Positions 1-9,008 of a stretch of DNA of 64,000 nt are shown in pieces (position 1 is the first letter of the stretch; each line of letters begins with the position of its first letter). The DNA comes from a virus (lineage: Duplodnaviria; Caudoviricetes), in the IMG/VR virus record IMGVR_UViG_3300049136_000131, positions 5,323-69,322 of that record; one strand, given 5' to 3'. The notes below the pieces were generated by a model. It was not told the origin of the DNA and ran no database searches. It saw nothing but the letters and a program-made list of their open reading frames with translations. The position numbers were made by a program, and so were the translations under genes.

Positions 1-7
1 CTGCCCC

Positions 8-259
8 GTGACCGCAGACGGCCCGAGCCGGGTCGCATCCGGCTCGGGCCTGGCACCCACCGTACCCACACCCGGAAGGACCACCGTGGAACGCGTCTAC
101 ACCAACCACCGTGCGGGCGAACGCCGCATCCACATCGAGATCGACGAGACCGAAGTCCGCGCGCTCGCCGCGGGCGATGGCACGGCCACCGAGCAACTGC
201 GCGAGATCTGCACGAAGGCCGCCGAGCGGTGGCCGGCCGTGGACGGCGCCGATGTCTAG
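8..259 (+). CDS. hypothetical phage protein
   Basis: 83-aa ORF whose stop overlaps the next ATG (252). Confidence 0.45.
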   Translation: MTADGPSRVASGSGLAPTVPTPGRTTVERVYTNHRAGERRIHIEIDETEVRALAAGDGTATEQLREICTKAAERWPAVDGADV

Positions 260-893
260 GAAGCCCGGCCAGGAGAAGCTCACAGTGATACCGCTGACGT
301 TGAAGGACGCGTGCGCGGTCGTTGACCGCCTGCACCGGCACCACAAGAAGCCGACTGGCCACAAGTGGAGCCACGGGGTCATCGACGAGGATCGCCAGTG
401 GCGGGGTGTGGCAACCGTCGGCCGACCGGTGGCGCGCTGCTTCGATGACGGCTTCACGGTCGAGGTGACCCGCGTGGCGACGGACGGCACCCCGAACGCC
501 TGCTCGGCCCTGTACGGGGCGGCGTGGCAGAAGGCGAAGGTCGACCACTACCGGGCGATCACTTACACCCAGGACGGCGAGTCCGGTGCGAGCCTGCGCG
601 CGGTCGGATGGAAGCCGATCGCCGAACTGTCCCCGCGGAAGGGCTGGGACACCCCGTCGCGTCGTCGTGAGGACCGCGGCACGGACAACGTGGCCCGGAT
701 CTTGTGGGAGCAGCGGCGGAAGGATGCGCCACCCCTGCCGTCGATCTCCGCCCTGCGTGACGAATTGCGTGACGAAATTGAGTGCGCGGTCTGCCCCCGC
801 ATGATCCCCCTCACCTTCACCCGCGGACGCTCCCGCATCTACTGCTCCCGCGCCTGCCAACAACGCGCCTACCGCTACCGCCTCGTCGCCTGA
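252..893 (+). CDS. XF1762-like (GNAT-like) protein with C-terminal zinc finger
   Basis: HRHHKKP, VGRPVAR, EVTRVATDGTPNACSALYGAAW, YTQDGESGASLRAVGW motifs; C-terminal CxxC...YCSRACQQRAYR. Confidence 0.7.
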   Translation: MSRKPGQEKLTVIPLTLKDACAVVDRLHRHHKKPTGHKWSHGVIDEDRQWRGVATVGRPVARCFDDGFTVEVTRVATDGTPNACSALYGAAWQKAKVDHYRAITYTQDGESGASLRAVGWKPIAELSPRKGWDTPSRRREDRGTDNVARILWEQRRKDAPPLPSISALRDELRDEIECAVCPRMIPLTFTRGRSRIYCSRACQQRAYRYRLVA

Positions 894-947
894 CCACCCG
901 CCCGCCGGCCGTCTCGTGCGGCCGGCCCCACCACTGAAGGATGACCA

Positions 948-2081
948 GTGACCGACCAGACCGCCTACGTTGAGGTGCTTGCTCGCCTGCTGTGCGCCGC
1001 CGATGTCCACGTGCACGACGGCGACCATCCGAGTTGGCAGCAGTTGCGCGTTGCCCAGCACGGCCGTGGGCAGGACGACTACCGCAAGGCCGCCCGCTGG
1101 CTCGCCGCCCGGCTGACCGTCACGGACCAGCCGCCCGCCGCTCCTGCCGTGCAGGCGCCCGCCACCGACCAGACCGCCCTCCGCGACCGCATCGCCGAGG
1201 CGTTGGCGCGCGAGGACGCCCACAACACGGGCTACGACCACGGCTTCGCGGCCAGCTACGGCGCGGACGACGAGACCGACGGCTTCGTGGACGCGGTGTT
1301 GGCCGTGCTGCCCGCGCCCACCGACCAGGCCGCCGAACTGACAGAGGTCGAGCGCAAGATGCTGGAGTACGCCCTCGCGTTGGCCCAAGACAAGATCTGG
1401 TCGTTGGACGGCTTCACCGACGAGGACCAGGCCGCCGTTCACTCGCTGCGCCGCATGGCCGACAAGACACAGCCCACCCAGGCCAAGCCCGCCACCCCCA
1501 TGACCGAGCCCCGCCTGTTCCACCTCCAGCGCGACCACGACGTCTCCGGCGTGAGCGGCACCGGCCGCGTCGCCAACGGCGTCCTCTGGCCCGACGGCAC
1601 CGTGTCCCTGCGCTGGATAGGCGAGCGGCCGTCCACCGTCCACTGGGACCGCCTGGACGACGCCGAGCACGTCCACGGTCACGGTGGCGCCACCCGCATC
1701 GTCTGGGCCGACGAGCAGCCGCCCGCCGACCGGGCCGCCGTGCTGCGGGAAGCCGCCGAGGCGCTCGGCCGCATGGACTACGACACGGACAGCAACGACT
1801 ACGGCTACGCCACGTACCGCGACGCCTGGAACGGCGGAGTCATGGACGGCGCAGGCCTGCTGCGCCGCATGGCCGACGAGACACAGCCCACCGAGACCGA
1901 CGACCCCCGGGCCGCCTTGGAGCGGGTCCGCGAGCGCTGCCAGGCCGTCCGTGACCGCGTGGGGCCTGGCGGCATGATCAACGCCAGCCAAATCCTGGGC
2001 CTGCTCTCTCCCACGTGGCCCGACGGCAACTTCGAGGCCTCGGAGCCCGCCCCCGGGGCGCGGCAGGACGAGGAGGCCTGA
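948..2081 (+). CDS. mosaic hypothetical phage protein
   Basis: RBS GAAGGA; internal repeated linkers; contains the actinophage module RLFHLQRDHDVSGVSGTG...HGHGGATRIVW. Confidence 0.75.
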   Translation: MTDQTAYVEVLARLLCAADVHVHDGDHPSWQQLRVAQHGRGQDDYRKAARWLAARLTVTDQPPAAPAVQAPATDQTALRDRIAEALAREDAHNTGYDHGFAASYGADDETDGFVDAVLAVLPAPTDQAAELTEVERKMLEYALALAQDKIWSLDGFTDEDQAAVHSLRRMADKTQPTQAKPATPMTEPRLFHLQRDHDVSGVSGTGRVANGVLWPDGTVSLRWIGERPSTVHWDRLDDAEHVHGHGGATRIVWADEQPPADRAAVLREAAEALGRMDYDTDSNDYGYATYRDAWNGGVMDGAGLLRRMADETQPTETDDPRAALERVRERCQAVRDRVGPGGMINASQILGLLSPTWPDGNFEASEPAPGARQDEEA

Positions 2082-2083
2082 CC

Positions 2084-2272
2084 GTGGACCGCGACCTGAA
2101 CTGGTGCGGGATCTCCACCGAGACGATCGCCGCCGAGTACGAGACCGACGCAGCCCTTGCCGAGGCCGGGATGAACATGGGCGACCCGTACTTCCTCGCC
2201 GCGTTCGCCGCCGAGCAGGAGCAGCGCACGCTCGACGCTCAGGCCGCCGTGCGGCAGGACGGGGAGGCGTGA
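2084..2272 (+). CDS. hypothetical protein
   Basis: GTG 2 nt after the previous stop; coupled to next gene. Confidence 0.55.
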   Translation: MDRDLNWCGISTETIAAEYETDAALAEAGMNMGDPYFLAAFAAEQEQRTLDAQAAVRQDGEA

Positions 2273-2274
2273 TC

Positions 2275-2667
2275 ATGCCCGCATCTCAGCTCGCCCTCGA
2301 CGTCACCGGGACACCACCCGCTCCCGCGAAGTGGGGCGTCGTCGTTGACGAGGCACGGCTCTACAGCATCGGCGGCAGCCCCACCGAGTGGTGGACCACC
2401 ACCGCCGCCCAATTCCACCGCACCGGACGCCTCCGCCACCTCACCACCCTGATCATCGGCGGCAGCGTCGAGATCGGCCCCTTCGACCGCGAGGACGCCG
2501 ACTTCGCGCGGGACCACCTGATCGCCAACGGTGTGCGCCCGGAGCTGGCGACCGTCCGCCGCTGGACTGAGCAGCCGCACCTGCCGGGCTGCCGCAAGGC
2601 CAAGCCGTGCCGCCTCTGCACGCCGGGCACCACCGCCGCCGGGGCTCAGCAGCCGAAGGAGGCCTGA
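2275..2667 (+). CDS. hypothetical protein
   Basis: GGAGG RBS, GTGA overlap, high GC3. Confidence 0.6.
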   Translation: MPASQLALDVTGTPPAPAKWGVVVDEARLYSIGGSPTEWWTTTAAQFHRTGRLRHLTTLIIGGSVEIGPFDREDADFARDHLIANGVRPELATVRRWTEQPHLPGCRKAKPCRLCTPGTTAAGAQQPKEA

Positions 2668-2894
2668 CCGTGGCGCTCTGCCCCGAGTGCAGCACCGTGA
2701 TCCCCTGCCACTGCCACCTCACCCCGCCCGTCCAGATCCGGCCCGGCGTGTACCGGGCCGAGACGCCTCATGCGGGGCGCTGTACGCCCGTCACAGCGCC
2801 CCGCACACCCCGCACACCCCTCGCGTCCACCGAACACACAAACGGGCGGCACGAGCCCGCACAGACGATCCAACCGCCCCAGCAGGAGCAGACC

Positions 2895-3131
2895 GTGACC
2901 GAAACCCCCGCACCCGCCGTCGGACAGATCTGGCAGGACAACGACCCCCGCAGCTACGGCCGCAAGCTGCGAATCGTGGAGATCGGCGGCACCCACGCCG
3001 TCGTCGAACTGCACCAGCCCCGCTTGCCCGTCAGCAGCGCCAAGCCCGGCCGTCGTACCCGCATCCGCCTGGACCGCTTGCGCCCGACGAGCACCGGCTA
3101 CCGGTACATCAGCGGAGGCGAGCAGCAGTGA
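2895..3131 (+). CDS. small phage protein (DUF6354-like; alternative start at 2670)
   Basis: AGGAG RBS before GTG 2895; VGQIWQDNDPRSYGRKLRIVEI...RLRPTSTGYRY. Confidence 0.6.
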   Translation: MTETPAPAVGQIWQDNDPRSYGRKLRIVEIGGTHAVVELHQPRLPVSSAKPGRRTRIRLDRLRPTSTGYRYISGGEQQ

Positions 3132-3325
3132 CCGCCCCGTCCAGCGCTCCCCGGGGCGAGGGCACGCCCGCCCCGGCCTGCGGCACACCGCACTACGACC
3201 ACCCCGAAACCCTGTGCACCGAGCCCGCCGGCCACTACCGCTACGACCGCGACCCGCACGCCGGACCGCTCATCATCAACGGCCGCCAAGTCGGCGGCGC
3301 CGCATGGGACGAACGAAGGAGCAGC

Positions 3326-3694
3326 ATGACCGGACAGCCCTGCCCGTTCTGCGAGATCGTCGCCGGACGCGCGCCCGCGCAGATGATCCAAGAGTGGGAC
3401 GACGCAATCGCGATCGTCCCGTTGAACCCCGTCGTCGACGGCCACACCCTCGTCATCCCCCGCGAGCACGTCACCGACTTCGTCGCGGACCCGGTTGTGT
3501 CCGCCCACACCATGTACCGCGCTGCCGAGCTGGCGGGTGGTTACCCGGCCGGATCCATGAACCTGATCACCAGCAGGGGAAGGGCAGCTACGCAAAGCGT
3601 GTGGCATCTCCATCTGCACCTCGTGCCCCGCGCCGAGAACGACGGCCTCGCACTGCCCTGGTACAGCGGGCGAGGGAAGCAGGTGCGCTCGTGA
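3326..3694 (+). CDS. HIT family nucleotide hydrolase
   Basis: CPFCEIV, GHTLVIPREH, HLHLHLVPR histidine triad; AAGGAG RBS (in-frame upstream GTG at 3128). Confidence 0.9.
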   Translation: MTGQPCPFCEIVAGRAPAQMIQEWDDAIAIVPLNPVVDGHTLVIPREHVTDFVADPVVSAHTMYRAAELAGGYPAGSMNLITSRGRAATQSVWHLHLHLVPRAENDGLALPWYSGRGKQVRS

Positions 3695-3879
3695 CCCGCC
3701 CGCCAGTGCGCTGGCAGCCGGACGACGGGAGTGCCGCGATCCTCGCCGCCTACGCCCGCCGCGGCGAACGCCCCGGCAGCGTCCTGCGCCGCGCCCTGCT
3801 CCTCCTCGCCCGCGCCGACGGCATCCTCACCGGACTCGGCCGCATCGACGGACAACGACAGCCCAGGAGGCGACCGTGA
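3691..3879 (+). CDS. small hypothetical protein, possibly ribbon-helix-helix-like
   Basis: GTGA overlaps on both sides. Confidence 0.5.
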   Translation: MTRPPVRWQPDDGSAAILAAYARRGERPGSVLRRALLLLARADGILTGLGRIDGQRQPRRRP

Positions 3880-4187
3880 CCACCCACCCGCAACAGCCTC
3901 GCGTTCGCGCCCCGAAGCCGAACCAGTACGAGCGCGCCCAACGGCAGGCCGCCATCGACGCACTACTGCAGCGGGCTCTCCGCGGCGTTCTCACCATCCC
4001 TGAGGCTGCCGTCCTCGCCGACTACTGGCGCGCCGAACGGAAGATCGCAGACAAGACCCGTCAGCGCCTCGCCGATACGACGCGCGCCCTCCAGCGCCAC
4101 CGCGAAGCCGCCGATGCGGAGATACGCCAGCTTGAGGACCGCATCGCCATACTCACCGTCAACCAGCAGAGAGAGGCAAGCGCATGA
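3876..4187 (+). CDS. hypothetical coiled-coil protein
   Basis: AGGAGG RBS, coupled ORF. Confidence 0.65.
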   Translation: MTTHPQQPRVRAPKPNQYERAQRQAAIDALLQRALRGVLTIPEAAVLADYWRAERKIADKTRQRLADTTRALQRHREAADAEIRQLEDRIAILTVNQQREASA

Positions 4188-4537
4188 CCGAAGCGGCCGA
4201 GCCTGCGCCCTGGACGCAGCTTGAGGCCCGTGCCTTCAACGCCGTCCTCCCGGCGCTGCGGGAGGTGGGGGAGTGGCTGCCGCTCTCCGCCCGCCGCAAG
4301 GTCGCCCGAGCCGTTCTCGCCGAGATCCTCGGCCCCGTACCCGACGGCGCCGACACCGCCACGTGGACCGCTGTGCGCGCCATCCAGCTCATGAACGAGG
4401 CCGGGCGACAGCGAGACGAAGCCCAAGTCAAGCTCGCCCGCATCAGCGCTCTCGCCGACGAGTATCCGGCAGGCATCGACACCGCCCTCATCGAGGACGC
4501 CCTTGACGACCAGCGAGACCAGAAGGGACAGCCATGA
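4184..4537 (+). CDS. hypothetical protein
   Basis: ATGA overlap, GAGG RBS. Confidence 0.65.
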   Translation: MTEAAEPAPWTQLEARAFNAVLPALREVGEWLPLSARRKVARAVLAEILGPVPDGADTATWTAVRAIQLMNEAGRQRDEAQVKLARISALADEYPAGIDTALIEDALDDQRDQKGQP

Positions 4538-4818
4538 GTCCCGCAGCTCGCTACGCTCCGCCCTGCCCGCACGCCGACCAGCACACCCCGCACCCGCGGC
4601 GGCAGTTCGCCCATGAGGACTGGGCCCAGCAGATGCTCCGCACCCACACACAGCAGCGATGCCCTGCCTGCGGACTCTGGGCGATCTGGGTGCCCTGTCC
4701 CGACGCCCCCGACCTGCCGCCGATCGACTATCGGATCGAACACACCCAGTGCGGCTGCTGCAACGGCGACCCGGAGTGTGCCTGCTCGTACCACCAGCCC
4801 GCGACGAAGGAGGCGTGA
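4534..4818 (+). CDS. Cys/His-rich hypothetical protein
   Basis: ATGA overlap; CPACGLW and CGCC motifs. Confidence 0.6.
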   Translation: MSPAARYAPPCPHADQHTPHPRRQFAHEDWAQQMLRTHTQQRCPACGLWAIWVPCPDAPDLPPIDYRIEHTQCGCCNGDPECACSYHQPATKEA

Positions 4819-5291
4819 TGCGCGCCGAAGACATCCTCCAGCAGATCGACGGAGCTCTCGAGGACTGGACTGTCAGCGGCGACGCCATGCGCAGTCGGCC
4901 CGGCGGGGAACGCGGCGGGATCAAGGGCTCCACGCCGCAGACTGCGATCACGGACGAGACGGCGGGACCGAGCGTCTGGATCGCTCCCATCGGCACCGCA
5001 ATCGACGCAGACGGCTGGCAGGAAGCCGGCTACATCACCAGCGTCGACTTCGAGATCGACCAGGCGTCCATCAACCCGGCCGTGCTCACCACACCCCAGC
5101 CGACGGTGACCTGGCAGGAGATCGCCGACTGCATCGCCCAGATCGAAGCCGGGCGGGTACGGCGGGCGCAGCTGCTGGAAGAGTTCGTCCGAGCCTTCAC
5201 CGGGTCGCTCGAAGCCGTCCGGCCCCGCATGGAGGAGGCTGGCCGGGCGATTGCCAAGTCCCCCTACGGGCCACCGCGGCCCAGAAGGTGA
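4818..5291 (+). CDS. hypothetical protein
   Basis: TGATG overlap, AAGGAGG RBS. Confidence 0.65.
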   Translation: MRAEDILQQIDGALEDWTVSGDAMRSRPGGERGGIKGSTPQTAITDETAGPSVWIAPIGTAIDADGWQEAGYITSVDFEIDQASINPAVLTTPQPTVTWQEIADCIAQIEAGRVRRAQLLEEFVRAFTGSLEAVRPRMEEAGRAIAKSPYGPPRPRR

Positions 5292-5298
5292 ACAGCCG

Positions 5299-5334
5299 TG
5301 CGCCCCCGCCCCTCAACGAGGGAGCGGGGGCGCA
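5299..5334. terminator. bidirectional hairpin terminator
   Basis: TGCGCCCCCGC-CCCTC-AAC-GAGGG-A-GCGGGGGCGCA between convergent genes. Confidence 0.7.
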
Positions 5335-5343
5335 GTCGTGTTG

Positions 5344-5670
5344 TCAGGGTGTCCACTGCTCCGTACAGGCGAGGCAGATCCGCCGGTTCTCCCACGCCGC
5401 CCGCGCCTGATCCGCGGCCTCCGCCTTCCGGTACAGGCCGTACCCCCAAAGGCCGCCCGCTGCGATCGCAGCCAGGCCGACCGCGATCCCGCCCGACGCC
5501 AGGAACGCGACCCCCAGCACCACCAGGCCCACCGCGGGCAGCAGCCCGCCGGTGGCCGCGGCCGGCTGGGCGTAGGCATCCCGCAGCGGCGAACCCGGCG
5601 GCAGACTGTCGCGGTAGTGGGAGAGCAACTGCACGTTCGACGATCCGCACTTGGAGCTGGGGCAGTTCAT
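5344..5670 (-). CDS. small membrane protein with split zinc ribbon
   Basis: N-terminal CPSSKC, two hydrophobic helices, C-terminal CLAC. Confidence 0.7.
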   Translation of the reverse strand: MNCPSSKCGSSNVQLLSHYRDSLPPGSPLRDAYAQPAAATGGLLPAVGLVVLGVAFLASGGIAVGLAAIAAGGLWGYGLYRKAEAADQARAAWENRRICLACTEQWTP

Positions 5671-6002
5671 GCTGCAACCTCGTTTGGCGCGCGGGGAGTT
5701 GAGAGCAGCAGGGTCCGGTGCTACCCGGTGGTTCGGCAAGGCGGCTTGCCGTATCTGTGGCAGGCGCCACAAGGGGTGCGGCTCATGCGGCACGGCAGCA
5801 CCAGCAGCCAAGCTGGTGTAGTCAGACGGCTACTGAGGGACGCCACTCACGGCGGGCCCGGCCACGGATCCCTGCCCGGCGGGGCGCTGCTGGTGCGCTC
5901 GGAAATGGGTTCACGGATAGTGATTCTCGGCTGGCGGTATCAGGCTGACACTGCGGACCGATACCCTCGAATGTGGAAAAGCCATTTTCACCGGAGGCGA
6001 CG

Positions 6003-6287
6003 ATGAGCGACCAGCCGTGGACCATCGAGCGGATCCGTGACGCCCTCGGTAGCCCCGCCCTCGCCCAGCGCTTCCTCTCCGAGATCAACCGCGCGCCAGC
6101 CCACCAGCTGCTTTCCGTCTTCGCGCGCTGGGAGCGCATCGCCAAGGACACCCTGGCGGCCGTCGAGCGAGGCCAGCAGATCGCTGCCGCCGAAGCCCGC
6201 GGCGAAGACCCGACCGGCACCTGGACCGACGCAACAGACCGGGTCCTTGCCGACGCCGACCGCATCCGCTCCCGCGGCGCTGCCTGA
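6003..6287 (+). CDS. putative antitoxin-like protein
   Basis: GGAGG RBS; WTIERIRDALG...FLSEINRAP; precedes a RelE-sized ORF. Confidence 0.5.
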   Translation: MSDQPWTIERIRDALGSPALAQRFLSEINRAPAHQLLSVFARWERIAKDTLAAVERGQQIAAAEARGEDPTGTWTDATDRVLADADRIRSRGAA

Positions 6288-6405
6288 TCTTCCCGAGTCG
6301 GCGCAGACACCCCACCGCAGTCGCTACGCTGGGTCGCGCAAGAATCACTGTCCGCCGTCCAGTGGTTGTGCGCCCCGTTTTGGTGCCCAGACACTGAGAG
6401 GCATA

Positions 6406-6651
6406 GTGATCTACAGGCTCAAGTACGACCCGGCGGCCGAAGCGGTACACGAAGCGATGCCGCCAGCCGCCAGCGAAGCCCTCACCCTCGCGCTTGCCGA
6501 CGCCTGCTACGACCCTATCGCCGCGACCGAGCCCTACGGGGAAGACGACGGCGTCGTGCGGATGCTCGTCACCAAGCAAGTCTTCGCCGTACTCCTCATC
6601 GGGGAGACAATGAAGACGATCACCGTGCTGCAGGTCACCTACCTCGGATGA
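6406..6651 (+). CDS. putative RelE/ParE-fold toxin-like protein
   Basis: 81 aa; YRLKYDPAAEAVHEAMP start and ITVLQVTYLG end fit the RelE-like pattern. Confidence 0.45.
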   Translation: MIYRLKYDPAAEAVHEAMPPAASEALTLALADACYDPIAATEPYGEDDGVVRMLVTKQVFAVLLIGETMKTITVLQVTYLG

Positions 6652-6715
6652 CAGCGGACGGTGCTATCAGGGGCCGATCCGTAACGCCCGTGGCACCGCC
6701 ACCTGCGCCGGCGGA

Positions 6716-6871
6716 TCACTTGCCGGGCGTCTCCTGCCAGATCCGGGCTGCCAGCAGGTCCACTTCGTCTTGGGATAGGCCGCGCTTCGCCGCGATCAAG
6801 ACTCGGCTCCCGTCCGGCAGCGTCGCCCACCGCATCTCCGTTGCAGCCCCCGGAACAGGTCTTTCCGTCAT
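6716..6871 (-). CDS. small hypothetical protein (51 aa, below ORF-track cutoff)
   Basis: GGAGG RBS before ATG; MTERPVPGAATEMRWATLPDGSRVLIAAKRG... Confidence 0.45.
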   Translation of the reverse strand: MTERPVPGAATEMRWATLPDGSRVLIAAKRGLSQDEVDLLAARIWQETPGK

Positions 6872-6952
6872 GGCAGCCTCCGCTCGCTGGTCGAGCGGCC
6901 AGGGTAGCGAAATGCGCCCCCACCTGTCGGTGGGGGCGCATCGGTTCGGGGG

Positions 6953-7249
6953 TCAGAGCTCAGTGATCTCGAACGGTGGAGGAAGGGTCGGAGTCGGCAC
7001 GTGGAGTAGGTGTCCGAGCATCGCGCGGGCTGTGATCTCCCACTCCGATTCTGGCCGTCCCGGTGGCCGTGTGAACAGCAGCGATCCGTCCGCCCGGACC
7101 ACTGCCGCCCCCGTGAATGTCGGGTCTTGGATGCTGCTCGTCGTAACCTCGACGTCGAACTGGGCGAGGAGGTCACCCAAGGGCGCATCCGACAGGCGGT
7201 CTGTCGACAAAGGCACGCCCGCTGCGGCGCGCGTCCCGCTACTCTTCAT
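6953..7249 (-). CDS. hypothetical protein typical of Streptomyces mobile elements
   Basis: GGAG RBS; FTGAAVVRADGSLLFTRPPGRPESEWEITARAML. Confidence 0.6.
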   Translation of the reverse strand: MKSSGTRAAAGVPLSTDRLSDAPLGDLLAQFDVEVTTSSIQDPTFTGAAVVRADGSLLFTRPPGRPESEWEITARAMLGHLLHVPTPTLPPPFEITEL

Positions 7250-7501
7250 AGAGAACTCCATCCTTCACAGGGTTGGGTTGCTGATCAGCGAGTTCACGGC
7301 TCGCTGGTTAACAGGCCGGGCGGTCGCCACCGCCCGGCCGTTCGCGTCTCTGGACTCAAGCACCTTTGTCGCGGCCTCAGTTGGCGGAGGCGCGTGACCT
7401 GCGCAGTGTCCGGCTTGTGGTATCGGGACAGGATTCGCCGCGCGGGCGGGACGGGCGCGCGTTGAAGCAGTGGCCAAGCTCAAGCCGTCCGGAACTCGCC
7501 G

Positions 7502-7906
7502 TCAGTGCGGCAGCACGTCGTCGAGGAAGTGCTGCACCGGTTCGTAGAGGCCGTAGGGCACCAGGCCGGGGATCTCCTCGTGCCGCGCCCACACGACCTG
7601 GTCGAGCTCGTCCTCGTCCGCGACGTGCGCCGTACCCGAGACCACCTCGCAGGCCGTGTACGCCATGAACTTCCCAGACTTCGGATGCACCCGGTCGCCG
7701 ATGTACTTCACGGGCTTCACTGTCAGGCCCGTCTCCTCGAGCGTCTCCCGCACTGCCGCCTCCTCGGCGGTCTCACCCTCCTCGACACCGCCAGCCGGGA
7801 ACTGCCAGGACAACTCGCCTTCCTTCACGCGGCGGCGCACCATGAGAACGCGCTCCCCGTCGGTGATGATCGCGGCGGACACGTCAGGCTTCGTCGTCTC
7901 GGTCAT
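7502..7906 (-). CDS. Nudix hydrolase (canonical box), pSAM2 Pif-like
   Basis: GGVEEGETAEEAAVRETLEETGL fits Gx5Ex7REUxEExGU. Confidence 0.9.
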   Translation of the reverse strand: MTETTKPDVSAAIITDGERVLMVRRRVKEGELSWQFPAGGVEEGETAEEAAVRETLEETGLTVKPVKYIGDRVHPKSGKFMAYTACEVVSGTAHVADEDELDQVVWARHEEIPGLVPYGLYEPVQHFLDDVLPH

Positions 7907-8541
7907 ACGGTTGCCTCCAGGGCGTTCAAAATCGGCGGATAGATGCGGTCGGTGGGGATGAAGCGGCTGAGCTCCCCTATCGGGGCCCACGCCACGGCGA
8001 CGTTCTCGGAGGAATCCCCGTTGACTGCCTCGCCGTGCACAAAGTCGCAAAGGAAGTAGTCGCAGATAGCGCGCGTCCGAGGGTGGAGCCGTTCACCCAG
8101 GTGTTCGCGGACCATGCAGTGCACGCCGGTCTCGTCCAGGGTCTCCCGGACCGCGACCTTCGACGCCGAACCGCCCGGCTTCACAATCCCCGCAGGGAAC
8201 TGCCAGGCAATGTCGTCGCCGTCCTGCCTGCACACAAGCAGCACGTCATCACCGCGGCGGACCACGGCGATCGCCACCCTGAGAGCCTGCGCCTGCGGCT
8301 CAGGCATGGCTGCCCGCGACAAATGGATGAAACGCCGGCGCACCGCATCACCTGCCATTCTGTAAGCCGTCGCCAGGATTCGTTGCGTGTCCGGCTGGGG
8401 CACCATTGCCGGGTTCGCACGCCATGACGCGACGCTGCGTACCGACACCCCGAGCTTTCCCGCGAACTGCTCCTGGGTCATTTCGAATGCGTCTTGGAGC
8501 CGGGCGGCTTTCTCCCCGGTCCACTGCTGCACTTCGTCCAC
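7903..8541 (-). CDS. XRE-type HTH fused to a degenerate Nudix domain
   Basis: MTQEQFAGKLGVSVRSVASW HTH; GIVKPGGSASKVAVRETLDETG box lacks conserved Glu residues. Confidence 0.85.
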   Translation of the reverse strand: MDEVQQWTGEKAARLQDAFEMTQEQFAGKLGVSVRSVASWRANPAMVPQPDTQRILATAYRMAGDAVRRRFIHLSRAAMPEPQAQALRVAIAVVRRGDDVLLVCRQDGDDIAWQFPAGIVKPGGSASKVAVRETLDETGVHCMVREHLGERLHPRTRAICDYFLCDFVHGEAVNGDSSENVAVAWAPIGELSRFIPTDRIYPPILNALEATV

Positions 8542-8584
8542 TATCGGCTCCTCGGCCGCCTTCGTGGGGCCTGTTGCTGCGGGT

Positions 8585-8683
8585 CTGCATTCGTCTGCAT
8601 ATTCCGCTGCAGATCACTGCATGGCGCTGCATGTGGTCTTCGTGGTCCGGGCGCGTCTGCACGCGAAGACTGACCACATGCAG
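8585..8683. repeat. helically phased CTGCA(T/G) array (putative operator)
   Basis: CTGCA at 8585, 8595, 8607, 8617, 8627, 8657 and an inverted copy at 8678-8683. Confidence 0.6.
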
Positions 8684-8689
8684 CCTCGG

Positions 8690-8944
8690 TCACTCTCCCT
8701 TGCCGTACTGGAAGGCGCGTTGGAACGACACGTCTCCCATGGCCTTGCCGATCTCCTTCCATGTCTTCCCCTCGTCGCGGAACCCCTGGGCGATTTCCTG
8801 GCGTTGCCGCCGGCGCCACAGCTCGAGCTCGGTCTCAAGGAAGTTGGCCAGCTCAAGGTAGGCGGCCCAGCGCTCGTTGAGATCAGTGATCTCGCGCAGA
8901 TGCTCGTCGTAGCGGGTGAAGGGAGCGTCGGGGGAGTCGGCCAT
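8690..8944 (-). CDS. small HTH repressor-like protein (leaderless)
   Basis: C-terminal TWKEIGKAMGDVSFQRAFQYG HTH-like segment. Confidence 0.7.
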   Translation of the reverse strand: MADSPDAPFTRYDEHLREITDLNERWAAYLELANFLETELELWRRRQRQEIAQGFRDEGKTWKEIGKAMGDVSFQRAFQYGKGE

Positions 8945-8950
8945 GACGTG

Positions 8951-8979
8951 AGAGTACGGGCGATCCGACGCCCACTCAA
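8951..8979 (-). promoter_or_regulatory. HrdB-type promoter TTGAGT-N17-TACTCT with palindromic spacer
   Basis: -10 ends 7 nt before ATG 8944; GGGCG-ATCCGA-CGCCC inverted repeat in the spacer. Confidence 0.65.
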
Positions 8980-9008
8980 GGCACGGCTAGAACAGTTGTG
9001 TTGGGCGC

